From contig CAWIYV010000011.1 in the NCBI GenBank assembly GCA_963840455.1, positions 1 to 64,000 of the forward strand: a stretch of 64,000 nucleotides of DNA, in the 5' to 3' direction. The translations under genes and the position numbers were made by a program. This DNA comes from Nitrospirota bacterium (GTDB taxonomy: Bacteria; Nitrospirota; UBA9217). Shown here piece by piece: positions 51,001-59,747 of the stretch. The notes under the pieces were generated by a model. The model was given only the letters and a program-made list of their open reading frames with translations, made no database searches and was not told the origin of the DNA. Within the stretch, counting starts at the first letter, position 1; each line of letters begins with the position of its first letter.

Positions 51001-52461
51001 AACACTGCGGTGCCATCACAGCCGACGACGGTAGGGTATACCAACACCGACTTCCTCTCCGCCGATACAGACGGCGGCATCTGCCTCAGCTGCCACAAAG
51101 CGCAGCTGGCCAAGGGTTATCCCCAGCCTGATGCCACGACCGCAACGCCTGCCGTTGGCAAGGCGGACTATCAGGCGAGCGGCCACCAGTATGTTGCCGC
51201 CTCAACGTTCGGAACAGGAGGTTCGACGTTCAACGCCAACTGCTCCAAGTGCCATAACGACACGCTGAATCCCAAGAGCTCCTTCAATGCCCAGAGCAGC
51301 GCGAACAAGTTCGGCAATCACTCGTCCACCCTCAGGAGGGTCCTTGCAGCCCTTGGCATCGCTTCACCTGCGGATCCGCTCGAGGAGCAATTCTGCTACC
51401 AATGCCACAGCGGCGCGGGGCCGAACGATTACTACGGCGTGAAGGCGATGTCCGCGGCATCCAGGGACATTCAGACCGTGTTCGGCAAGACATACAAGCA
51501 CAATGTTGCCGGGTATAGCGGCCGGCACAGGTCCTCAACGACCGATGAAACCCTGGGCTACATCAGCGCCAACAAACATGTAGAATGCGAAGACTGCCAT
51601 AATCCGCATGCAGCGCAGCCGGGAACGCACACCCGGGGCAGCGCCGCACTTGCGAACGTCCTGAAGGGCGTCGACGGAGCAATTGCCAGCTATCCGTCGA
51701 ATACGAACTGGCCTGCGACCGGCACGCCGCCGCGGTCGAACTTCACCTATGCCGCAACACAGACCTCGACCGCAGAGTACCAGATCTGCTTCAAGTGTCA
51801 TTCCTACGCAAATACGAATGTCCTGACCTGGGGCGGGACCGGCGCTGCTGCCTGGACCGATGTGGGGCTCGAGTTCGATCCCAACAACCAGTCCTACCAT
51901 CCGGTGGTCCAGGCTTTGCCTGCAACCGATCCGAACGCGAACTACGGATCGAATCGGCTGGCATCGGCGCAGCTATCGGGCGGATGGACGCCGGGCCAGG
52001 TCATGACCTGCTCCGACTGCCATGATTCCGATTCCGCCGCATCGACGGGACCCCACGGCTCAGCGGTAAAATGGATGCTCGGCGGCACGAACAAGTCTTG
52101 GCCCTATCAGGGAACAGCCGGCAACGGGACATCCTCGGGGACATTCTGGACCCTGAGCAACAGAACGGCCAGCAACGGTACGGCGAACGGGCTGTTCTGC
52201 CTGAACTGTCATACTTTGAACGCTTCCGGCCACATCCATTTCGAAGAGACCGATCATCAGAGGATCGCCTGCGTCGGTTGTCATGTCAGGGTCCCGCATG
52301 GATATCGGGAATCGCGATTGATCGCAGCAGGTACGGTTCCCGCGCGTTACTACCCGAACGGCAACGGAGGCGGTACGAAGTACATCAACAGATTCACCAA
52401 AGCATCGAATTACAGTAATTACAGCGAAAGCAATTGCTCTACGGTCAGCGGCTGCCATTAA
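48043..52461 (+). CDS. Large secreted multiheme cytochrome c (CxxxxCH/CxxCH domain family)
   Basis: Signal peptide; by manual count 27 CxxCH, 3 Cx4CH and a terminal Cx5CH. Confidence 0.93.
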   Translation: MKNMLIVVMLLTGFFIVPVASAQIVDAPHNASVSMSCSDCHIDPYSFIYTDDMCLSCHNNTTGGGYSLRSAPKVLAHSSGNTSSKYGNWSTQCLDCHSKHTWEQRAVYQSGIFLVTGTITSITDNGDGTTTFGYSNLVEQKPGWADYTKWNRKSSGNFFGGNERGLILYPNTTTYQNQSSANFEMSSATATTMTVKGSINIAFPTAISSGLVAVGKPFALAYGQFVNSTLITPSNLWKPSHFIENSGIFSFAYSTAIPPSTKDPSVDSICQVCHTQTLHWRADGTLADHYNSQDCATCHKHEEGFKVSCDVCHLAPPTTGKHMAHFDAGLADYGSTTIQSSPAAYGFSCGICHDGTHLNTTANPRSVEVVFAGVARQGSATSASYAPSTFSVDDPGRGYTFNYSNGACSNVYCHGNYPGSGKNASVTFNTGTAPCGSCHNASNTAPPASGSHVAHASNTRYNLSCSLCHAGEISGAGPASYTIADKQKHVSGNVDWAFDTGDTRVSLSSGYSIPSGAAMPSNGTVPRPYGTCSTTYCHSDGTSVAALNLQPNVSPVWGSGSLDCTACHGMPPSYPNGSPKANGHTAHAENACNTCHAVTTSDGITITSFANHVNKAYDVNPNVASGATFTYTFGATGGSCTNISCHGGNTATWGGPPLKCSNCHLGPQDADDYAFGNGVIAMASASQWSSTGHGRPATAGNYLQSGNPAAGFDAAAGTGDSCLYCHDNTVGHNVGPNPFRLRWTIGPDGQNGNCQKCHKPGSTGYVSGVDGTLPSMNASAATKMEDYHWLMAPGGKHTNVRNGGRFCWDCHDPHGDMNVAMIQNAVAKRNDWNGTTGFGLPTLTVATSFTTMNTWGSYVNPSGTGVCQVCHEITSHFTGSTNYNTNHNPGASCTGCHSHLGSASVSGDAFPGAESSGGVVCSGCHNDLYTGMNSAANSTYHHLMTSDAPTYTSGTCLQCHVDHNIFRPDVNTANTVGRSANLRTNINTAVPSQPTTVGYTNTDFLSADTDGGICLSCHKAQLAKGYPQPDATTATPAVGKADYQASGHQYVAASTFGTGGSTFNANCSKCHNDTLNPKSSFNAQSSANKFGNHSSTLRRVLAALGIASPADPLEEQFCYQCHSGAGPNDYYGVKAMSAASRDIQTVFGKTYKHNVAGYSGRHRSSTTDETLGYISANKHVECEDCHNPHAAQPGTHTRGSAALANVLKGVDGAIASYPSNTNWPATGTPPRSNFTYAATQTSTAEYQICFKCHSYANTNVLTWGGTGAAAWTDVGLEFDPNNQSYHPVVQALPATDPNANYGSNRLASAQLSGGWTPGQVMTCSDCHDSDSAASTGPHGSAVKWMLGGTNKSWPYQGTAGNGTSSGTFWTLSNRTASNGTANGLFCLNCHTLNASGHIHFEETDHQRIACVGCHVRVPHGYRESRLIAAGTVPARYYPNGNGGGTKYINRFTKASNYSNYSESNCSTVSGCH

Positions 52462-52488
52462 GCCACGATAAGGGCAGGCAATTCTGGA

Positions 52489-52530
52489 ATACCGGCCGAA
52501 TGTCCCTGTGATATTCGGCCGGTAGTTTTC
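52489..52530 (+). terminator. Hairpin/terminator after multiheme gene
   Basis: taccggccgaat...attcggccggta followed by gtttt. Confidence 0.55.
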
Positions 52531-52797
52531 TCCCCTCATGAGGGGTGCCATTATCAGACAGTGATCTAGTGACGCACCAGACATTCCTAAGACCGGACCT
52601 TGTGCACATCGGGGAGACCCTTTACCAGGCAATTGCCGTGTATCACAGTCGAGCTCAGCCCGGCGATAATCTTTCTATCAGAAATACTCATTCCCTGGAA
52701 CAATGGTGTATGCAGGTTTTCGGCCTTTGTTCTGGTTGCGCCACCACCCTTGTTCACAACTCCCTTGATCCGATCTTTGTCCATTCGAGGCTTAACG

Positions 52798-53284
52798 ATG
52801 AAAAAGTCCCTATCGCTTGCACTGTTGATTTTCTTTGTGGTGTGTGGTTGCCGCACCAGTCCTGATACGAACATGCAGGCGGTCAAAGATACGGTCCTGA
52901 GGTACAATCAACTCCTTGCCGAGGCATACGCTAGCATGAACATGAACCCCCTTCGGGAAGTGGCGATAGCTGATCAGGCAGCAAAGGAATACCGTCATAT
53001 GGCTGCCCTGGGCGAAGCGAAGATCCGGATGGAGTCCACGTTAAAGAGCATTGAGTTCAACGGGATCACCTTTCCTGGCCGTGATGAGGCGGCGGTGATC
53101 ACTAGAGAGACATGGGATTACACGCACATCGATACAGGGACTCGTGCGACCGGTTAAAGTACAAAAGAACGTTTCCTACACACTTAAATACGCATTGAAA
53201 AAAGAGAACGCACGATGGTATGTCGTGTCCATTGAGGCTGTCGACGAGAAATATTCAAAGGCATTGCGAAGGCGAAGGGAGTAA
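52798..53284 (+). pseudogene. Lipoprotein (NTF2/Tim44-like fold suspected), frameshifted near 53149
   Basis: MKKS..VVCG-C lipobox; frame stops at 53157, while the shifted frame continues PVKVQKNVSYTLKYALKKENARWYVVSI. Confidence 0.65.
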
Positions 53285-53404
53285 TAACGGGAAATGAGCT
53301 TGGTGAGTATTAGCAACGATGTCTCCCTCTCTGGGAACACCTGGTGGCTGCCATGCACGATCTTGTGGCAATACTGCTTTCAGTACCGTGATATCCAGAT
53401 AAAA

Positions 53405-53440
53405 GAAAAAGGGGATGATGGTCTGGCCATCATCCCCTGG
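53405..53440 (-). terminator. Intrinsic terminator of radical SAM gene
   Basis: aaaaggggatgatgg-tctgg-ccatcatcccct. Confidence 0.7.
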
Positions 53441-53458
53441 AGCGTCCGATCTCTTCCG

Positions 53459-54574
53459 TTATTTCTTCTTCACCGGCTCGTAGGTGCAGAACGGCTCGGG
53501 GCCCAGGTAGTCCCCGGACATCGCGAAGGAACGGGCGCGGCAGCCGCCGCACACCTTCCGGTATTCACAGATGCCGCATTTGCCGTGGTAGTGGTCGAGG
53601 TCGCGCATCTCCAGGAAGAGTTTCGAGGTCTGCCAGATCTTCGAGAAGGGCTCCTTCTTGATGTCGCCCGCCTCCTCCTCGAGAAAGCCGCAGATCTGCA
53701 CCTTGCCCACATGGGACACGAAGGCGAAGCTCTGGCCGCCCATGCAGCCCTTGGTCATGGCATCGAAGCCGTGCGACTCGGGCGTGACGGTCTTCCCCTT
53801 TTCCTTCTCGCCCTGGCGGAAGATGCGGTAGTAATGGGGCGCGCAGGTGGGCTTGAACTGGATCGGCACCTTGTCCCTCATTTCATAGAACCACTTGAGC
53901 GTGCTCTCGTACTCCGCCGGCGGGATCTCCTGGTCGATCAGCTCCTTGCCCCTACCGGTGGGCACCAGCAGGAACGGGTGGTACGCCACGGCGCCGAGCT
54001 TGATGACCATGTCGAGGAGCGCCGGGAGGTCCTTCACGTTGTGCTTCGTGATGGTCGTGTTGACCTGGAACTCCATGCCGACCTTTTTGAAGTTCTCGAT
54101 GGCCTTCATCACGCTCTCGAAGGCCCCTTCTACGCGCCGGAAGTTGTTGTGCTGCACCGCGGTCAGGCCGTCGATGGACAGCGACACGCGCATGATGCCC
54201 GAGTCCTTCATCTTCTGCGCCAGCTCCTCGGTGACCAGCAGGCCGCAGGGCGCCATGACCATGCGCAGGCCAAGCTGGGTGCCGTGCTTGGCGATGTCGT
54301 AGATGTCGGCGCGCATCATGGGCTCGCCGCCAGTCAGGATGATGATGGGATCGCTGAAGGACTTGACATCGTCGAGGAACCGGAACGCGTCCTCGGTCGA
54401 AAGCTCGCCCGGATAGGGGCCGTACCGCGCCGCTGCCCTGCAGTGGACGCAGTTCAGGACGCAGCTCCGGGTCACCTCCCAGGCGATGAGCCGGGGGAGA
54501 TATTTCTTTTCCGCGCCCGCGCCTGCGGGATGACCGTGACCGTGTGGCGCTTTCGTTGCATGGGGATGGGACAT
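53459..54574 (-). CDS. ahbD: Radical SAM/SPASM heme synthase (AhbD-like coproheme decarboxylase)
   Basis: LIAWEVTRSCVLNCVHCRA, TGGEP, FLLVPTGRG, KPTCAPHY, SPASM GKCGICEY..CGGCRAR; RBS GAAGGAG. Confidence 0.8.
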   Translation of the reverse strand: MSHPHATKAPHGHGHPAGAGAEKKYLPRLIAWEVTRSCVLNCVHCRAAARYGPYPGELSTEDAFRFLDDVKSFSDPIIILTGGEPMMRADIYDIAKHGTQLGLRMVMAPCGLLVTEELAQKMKDSGIMRVSLSIDGLTAVQHNNFRRVEGAFESVMKAIENFKKVGMEFQVNTTITKHNVKDLPALLDMVIKLGAVAYHPFLLVPTGRGKELIDQEIPPAEYESTLKWFYEMRDKVPIQFKPTCAPHYYRIFRQGEKEKGKTVTPESHGFDAMTKGCMGGQSFAFVSHVGKVQICGFLEEEAGDIKKEPFSKIWQTSKLFLEMRDLDHYHGKCGICEYRKVCGGCRARSFAMSGDYLGPEPFCTYEPVKKK

Positions 54575-54592
54575 GAGTGCTCCTTCGGGATA

Positions 54593-54673
54593 TTGAAGCA
54601 CCCTGCAGCAAGCTGCAGGGAACATTCGATCCTCACAGGGTGGTATTATTTCTTCTGATCGTTCGTTTCTGGA
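54593..54673 (-). mobile_element. IS200/IS605-type MITE, copy 7 (left hairpin deleted)
   Basis: TTGAA|tccag...ccctgcagcttgctgcagggtgcTTCAA, 81 bp. Confidence 0.8.
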
Positions 54674-54833
54674 TTCAACTTCTTCCACGGGGCCACGGAG
54701 GCACGGAGAAGGACATGATGTGCTTTAGACACGACTCAGCGGCCTGTGGCAGATATTGATCGTCCGGTATATTAACCAATTGCCTTCAATTAGTAAAGGC
54801 CAAATTCAGGCAGAACCGGCCCCGTTTCCGCGC

Positions 54834-55481
54834 TTATGCGGCAGTGAAAAGCGTCTTCAGCTCCGGGAACGCATGGATGACATGGTCAGGCCCTGCAGCG
54901 CGGAGCTCCGCCTCGGAGCGGAAGCCGTAGGTCACCGCGCAGGTCGTGATGCCCGCGGCCCTGCCCGCCAGCACATCCGTTGTCCCGTCGCCCACCACCA
55001 CGGCATATTCCTTCGCGATGCCGAGGCCCTTCATGATCCTCTGGAATGCGTCCGGCGCCGGTTTGAGCGGCAGTCCTGCGTCGGCGCCGATGACCATGCC
55101 GAAATAGGGCCTGATGCCGAGCTTTTCCAGGAGCGGCTCCGAGAATTCCAGCGTTTTGTTGGTCACCACCGCCATGGGAAGGGACCGGAAATGCTCAAGC
55201 GTTTGCTTGACGCCGGGATAGAGGTGCGAACGGACCACCAGGTTCCGGCTCTGATGGACCGTATAGATCCCGATCGCCTCCTCGAGGAGGTCGGTGTGCT
55301 TGTCGAGGGCCCGGGTGAGCAGCATCGTCATGCCGTCGCCCACGTACTGACGCACCGTGTCCAGGTGGAGCAAGGGCCTGCCGAGGCGGCCCAGCATGAA
55401 ATTGACCGAGTGGGTGATGTCCTCCAGGGTGTCCACGAGGGTGCCGTCGAGGTCGAAGATGAGGAGGCGGATGGGTTTCAT
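54834..55481 (-). CDS. HAD-IA phosphatase (Gph/MupP-like)
   Basis: FDLDGTLVDT, VTNK, KPAP, VGD...D. Confidence 0.9.
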   Translation of the reverse strand: MKPIRLLIFDLDGTLVDTLEDITHSVNFMLGRLGRPLLHLDTVRQYVGDGMTMLLTRALDKHTDLLEEAIGIYTVHQSRNLVVRSHLYPGVKQTLEHFRSLPMAVVTNKTLEFSEPLLEKLGIRPYFGMVIGADAGLPLKPAPDAFQRIMKGLGIAKEYAVVVGDGTTDVLAGRAAGITTCAVTYGFRSEAELRAAGPDHVIHAFPELKTLFTAA

Positions 55482-55566
55482 ACACAGACGCATGACAGCG
55501 GAGACAGGAGAGGCTCTTTCAATCGTATTGCTCTTACTCCTGAACCCTGGCTCCTGGCTCCTGCCA

Positions 55567-56439
55567 TTATATATCCCCTATTCCCAGGTACCGCTTGGGA
55601 TTCTCCGAGGCGAACTGCAGTGCCCACTCCTGGTGGACGCCGAGGTCGACCAGGTTCTTCATGCAGTCCATCAGGCTGACACCGCTACCCTGCAGAACGC
55701 CGCCGGGCCCGCGGATGGCCCCCTTGCCCCAGCCCGGCCCTTTCACCGAGTCCGAAACGAGGATGATCCGCTCCGGGGACTTCATGTCCAGCACCATCCT
55801 GAGGCTCTGGGGATGGAGATGCGCCAGGTCGGCGATGACCTCCACGTACAAGTCATCGTCCATGAGCCCGAAGCCGGCGAGGCCCGGCTCCCGGTGGTGG
55901 AAGCCGCGCATGGCGTTGAAGAGGTGCGTGATTCCCGTTGCGCCGGCCTGCTTGCCCTCCTCGGCCTGCTCGAAGGTCGCGTCGCTGTGGCCCATCTGGA
56001 CCAGGAACCCCTTCTTGCGGCAGGTCTCGATCAGCTTGAGTGCTCCGGGGAGCTCGGGAGCGATGGTGATGATCCGGATGACGTCCTCGAAGCCATCGAT
56101 CAGGCTGCTGAGCCGCTTCGGCGACGGTTCCTGAAAGCTCTTCCCGTCCAGGCATCCGGCCCGTTCCGCGTTCAGGAACGGCCCCTCCAGGTGGATGCCG
56201 AGGATCGACGCACCGGCCCGCTGGGACGACATGGCTTTTCGGATGGCAGTCATGTTCTCCCGCATGGACTCGATGGCGCCGGGATAGACCGTAGGCACGA
56301 TGGCGCCGGTCCCCCGCTGGCCGTGGATCTCGGCAATGCTCAGGATGTCGTCCTGCCGGCGCGTTGCGGTGTCGTGGGTCCGCGCGCCGTGCACGTGGAT
56401 GTCGATCAGCTGCGATATCGTTCTTACTGCGTAGGCCAT
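55567..56439 (-). CDS. nagA: N-acetylglucosamine-6-phosphate deacetylase (compact)
   Basis: IDIHVHG, GIHLEGPF, TIAPE, GHSDA, THLFNAM, LVSD. Confidence 0.88.
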   Translation of the reverse strand: MAYAVRTISQLIDIHVHGARTHDTATRRQDDILSIAEIHGQRGTGAIVPTVYPGAIESMRENMTAIRKAMSSQRAGASILGIHLEGPFLNAERAGCLDGKSFQEPSPKRLSSLIDGFEDVIRIITIAPELPGALKLIETCRKKGFLVQMGHSDATFEQAEEGKQAGATGITHLFNAMRGFHHREPGLAGFGLMDDDLYVEVIADLAHLHPQSLRMVLDMKSPERIILVSDSVKGPGWGKGAIRGPGGVLQGSGVSLMDCMKNLVDLGVHQEWALQFASENPKRYLGIGDI

Positions 56440-56530
56440 AGGTTTAATAAATATTCAAGATTCAAGATTTAAAATCATCAGAGCTGTTCTTCGTCATATG
56501 GATCTTCCTTCTTGAATATTGAATATGACG

Positions 56531-56776
56531 TTACGTTATCATCCCCCGGCGCGAGAAGAACTCGCTCAAGGCGAGCCGCACCACAGCGCCCCGGTCCCAG
56601 GGTTGCTTCAGGTCCCTGGTGAGCTCGGCAGCCACGGCGTCCAGGGCCGGGATGTGCTCGTCCTCAAGCTCGATGGTCACCTCGACCAGTCCGTGTTCGT
56701 GCTCCCCGTGCTCATCATGCTCGTGGCCGTGATGCTCGTGGCCGCAATGTTCGTCGTGTACGTGTTTGTCTGCCAT
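56531..56776 (-). CDS. Small His-rich protein with C-terminal ribbon-helix-helix-like segment
   Basis: HVHDEHCGHEHHGHEHDEHGEHEH then VTIEL...LD.VA....R.AVVRLAL.EF; AAGGA RBS. Confidence 0.7.
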   Translation of the reverse strand: MADKHVHDEHCGHEHHGHEHDEHGEHEHGLVEVTIELEDEHIPALDAVAAELTRDLKQPWDRGAVVRLALSEFFSRRGMIT

Positions 56777-56961
56777 GATTATATCCTTCTGATACAACAA
56801 TCAATAGAGGGATCTGAAAGCATCAAAACGGTCTCTCACAAAGCCGCAAAGGACGCGAAGGGAACTGCCAGATTCAGGATACAACACATTGCTTTCTTGC
56901 CGTCCCCCGTGTCTCCGCCCGTCCCTGAGAGGTTCGGTCGGGGATGCCTCTGTGGTAATCA

Positions 56962-57867
56962 TCAGAACAATATCTTCATCATCATCGGCAGCGTGAAGAA
57001 GGATGCCACCGTGGACACCGCAATGCATGTGGCCGCAAGCGGCACGTCCAGCTCGAACTCGTCGGCAAGCACGAGCGAGAGCACCATCACGGGCATGGCC
57101 CCCTCGATCACGACGGCCCGCAGGACATCGCCGCTCATCCCGGCCAGCCGGGCAAAGGCCCACGCGAGGACCGGAGCGAGGAGGAGTTTCACCGCCAGGG
57201 CCGGAAGCGTCACCGGCAGCCGTTTGATGTCCCGAAAGTCCAGGGCGAGCCCGACGGTGAAGATCATGACAGGGATAACCGCCCTGCCCATGAGCTGGGC
57301 GGCGTCGAGCACCGTCTTCGGCACCGGGACCGCATGCGCCGCGACGCCGAGGGCGACGCCCCAGAGCGGCGGGAGCATTAGCACCCGCCTGAGGGACGCC
57401 GCAAGGGATACGGTCCCGCCGCTGCCGAACCGAGCCGCTGTCAGCATGCCGACCGTCAGCAGGACCGGCGTCGTGGCGAGCAGGTCGTACAGGATGGCGA
57501 TGTACCCGTACCGCGAACCGAGGATCTCCGTTATCACCGGGAGCCCCAGGTACGTCACGTTCCCGAAAGCCGCCGACAGCAAGAGGACGCCTATTGCAGG
57601 CCGCGGCGTCGCCCGGAACCATGGCAGACCGAGGTAGAGGGCCGCCCCGGCCGCTAGGCAGAGCAGCGTGACCGCTGCTGCGGTCAGCGGCACGGCGAGA
57701 AAGGTCCGGTCCACCTTCGCCGTGGCCACCAGGCCGAAGGCCAGGGCAGGCAGGAAGAAGTGGAGGACCGTCATGTTCAGCGCGTGTCGGACGCGATGCC
57801 GGTCGAGGCCGCCGGGCTCGAAGAACCGCCACAGATACCCCGCGGCTACGATCAAACCGAATGACAT
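56962..57867 (-). CDS. AEC (auxin efflux carrier) family transporter
   Basis: LPALAF, FGNVTYLGLP, PPLW, AMP motifs, ~10 TM. Confidence 0.88.
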   Translation of the reverse strand: MSFGLIVAAGYLWRFFEPGGLDRHRVRHALNMTVLHFFLPALAFGLVATAKVDRTFLAVPLTAAAVTLLCLAAGAALYLGLPWFRATPRPAIGVLLLSAAFGNVTYLGLPVITEILGSRYGYIAILYDLLATTPVLLTVGMLTAARFGSGGTVSLAASLRRVLMLPPLWGVALGVAAHAVPVPKTVLDAAQLMGRAVIPVMIFTVGLALDFRDIKRLPVTLPALAVKLLLAPVLAWAFARLAGMSGDVLRAVVIEGAMPVMVLSLVLADEFELDVPLAATCIAVSTVASFFTLPMMMKILF

Positions 57868-58014
57868 GAGGACTTTGGTGATGGTGTTCTCCTTTGATAA
57901 AGCATTATACCAGTCCGGCCAGGGGGGTTAAAGGGATATTTTCCCCCGCACCTTTTGACATTTCACCGCGCTTTCCTTATAATGGCCGGAAATTATTCCA
58001 CGCAGGAGGGTACC

Positions 58015-58266
58015 ATGGGCTGGAGAGTCACGGTTGAGATACTTGCGGTGCTGATCATGCTGGGCGGGGTCGGCGGAATATTCTACGGCGTGTTCAAAGG
58101 GACCATCGCTCTGAGCGTCAGAACGCTCCAGTTCCTGGCCATCGCCTTTGTCGTACCGGCAGTCCTCATCCTGTCGCTCGAGCGGAGCATCGGCAGCGAG
58201 TCGACCGCGGCTTTGTACGGGACCATTGTGGGGTATGTCCTGGCCGGAGGCGTGAAAAGCGAGTAG
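58015..58266 (+). CDS. Small membrane protein
   Basis: AGGAGG RBS, upstream TTGACA-17-TATAAT-like promoter, three hydrophobic segments. Confidence 0.7.
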   Translation: MGWRVTVEILAVLIMLGGVGGIFYGVFKGTIALSVRTLQFLAIAFVVPAVLILSLERSIGSESTAALYGTIVGYVLAGGVKSE

Positions 58267-58306
58267 CAGGCAATCACAGGGGTATGGCAATGAACGGACG
58301 GCGGGA

Positions 58307-59569
58307 TCATTCCCGCCGTTCTCTTTTCGGCAGGAACGGGATGGTCAGCATGCCGGGGATGGTCAGGAAGCAGACGATAATGAAGAATGTTGTGTAGCCC
58401 ACTTGCTGCTGCAGCCAGCCGGAGAGGAAGCCCGGCAGCATCATGCCCAGCGCCATGATGCCGGTGGAGATGGCATAGTGCGAGGTCTTGAACTTCCCCT
58501 CGGCGGAATACATGAGGTAGACCGTGAAGACCGTGAAGCCCATGCCGTAGCCGAACTGCTCCATCGCCACAAGAGGATAGACGAGATTGAGGGACGGCTG
58601 CTGCCAGGACATGTACACAAAGAACAGGTCCGGCAGGTGCATGGCGACCACCAGCGGCCAGACACAGCGGCGAAGCCCGAACCGGGCGATGAGCCAGCCG
58701 CCCAGAACACCGCCGACCACGAGCGACAGGATGCCGACGGTCCCGTAGACTATCCCCACCTGTGACGTGGTGAGCCCGAGCCCGCCAACCGAACGGCCGT
58801 CAAGCAGGAAGGGAGAGACAAGCTTGAGCAGCATTGCCTCGCCGAGACGGTAAAGCAGAATGAACGCCACGAGCACACCGATCTTCTCCTGCTGGAAGTA
58901 GGCTGTGATGATCTCGCGGAATGAGGTGCCATGCCTCTCGTCTCTTGTCTCTCGTCGCTCGTCCTCCTTCGGAAATGGCAGAAGGACATAATGATAGACA
59001 AAGAGCATGGCGAAGATCCCGCCGGCGGCACCCATGACCAGGGTCCAGCTCTGCGAGATGTTCCCTGCTGCGACCTCGAAGCTTCCTGCAAGGTAGACGA
59101 GCAGCCCCGAGCCGAAGATCATGGCCAGCCGGTAGAACCCCGAGCGAAGGCCAACGAAGAACGCCTGTTCCTTCTCCGTGAGGGCCAGCATGTAGAAGCC
59201 GTCGGTGGCGATATCATAGGTGGCGGAGATGAACGCGCCGGCCACGAATGCGGCGAGGGAGAGAAAGAAGAACGCCGTAGTCGTGAGAGACCAGGCGGTG
59301 AAGAGCATGCAGACGGCCATGGCTGCTTGCGTGGCAATGACCCAGTTCCGCTTTGTGGAGTTCATGTCCACCAGCGGCCCCCAGAGCATCTTGATGACCC
59401 AGGGCAGATAGAGCCAGCTCGTCCAGAAGGCGATGGAGGCGTTGTCCACGCCCATCTTCTTATAGAGGATGACCGAGACCGTGTTGATCAGGATGTAAGG
59501 AAGGCCCTCGCCGAAATAGAGCGAGGGCACGAAGGCCCAAGGGGTGCGGGAAGCGGGTTTGTCAGCCAT
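58307..59569 (-). CDS. AmpG-like MFS muropeptide permease
   Basis: YFGEGLP, LPWVIK.LW.P, SAT.DIA.DG, EQFGYG.G, TSHYA motifs. Confidence 0.85.
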   Translation of the reverse strand: MADKPASRTPWAFVPSLYFGEGLPYILINTVSVILYKKMGVDNASIAFWTSWLYLPWVIKMLWGPLVDMNSTKRNWVIATQAAMAVCMLFTAWSLTTTAFFFLSLAAFVAGAFISATYDIATDGFYMLALTEKEQAFFVGLRSGFYRLAMIFGSGLLVYLAGSFEVAAGNISQSWTLVMGAAGGIFAMLFVYHYVLLPFPKEDERRETRDERHGTSFREIITAYFQQEKIGVLVAFILLYRLGEAMLLKLVSPFLLDGRSVGGLGLTTSQVGIVYGTVGILSLVVGGVLGGWLIARFGLRRCVWPLVVAMHLPDLFFVYMSWQQPSLNLVYPLVAMEQFGYGMGFTVFTVYLMYSAEGKFKTSHYAISTGIMALGMMLPGFLSGWLQQQVGYTTFFIIVCFLTIPGMLTIPFLPKRERRE

Positions 59570-59747
59570 GAGGCAAAGAGTAGCAAATCAGGGGGGAACC
59601 GTCCAGAAAAAACGACACGGGACAAAGGGACAGTGGGCACGGAGAACCGGCTAAAGAGACTTTACTTCAAAGAAGAAGCGGAGCGAAGGCATCCATATCA
59701 ATCCTTGATGCACTCCTCGTTTCTGCATCAGGGGGTCAGCGCGTCCG

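Noticed and set aside
53150-53160. Recoded stop or programmed frameshift in the lipoprotein
   Set aside because: Stop is TAA, the continuation is in another frame, and there is no clear slippery heptamer; a simple indel is more likely.
54575-54688. Extended N-terminus of the radical SAM ORF
   Set aside because: Runs through MITE copy 7; a good RBS supports the ATG at 54574.
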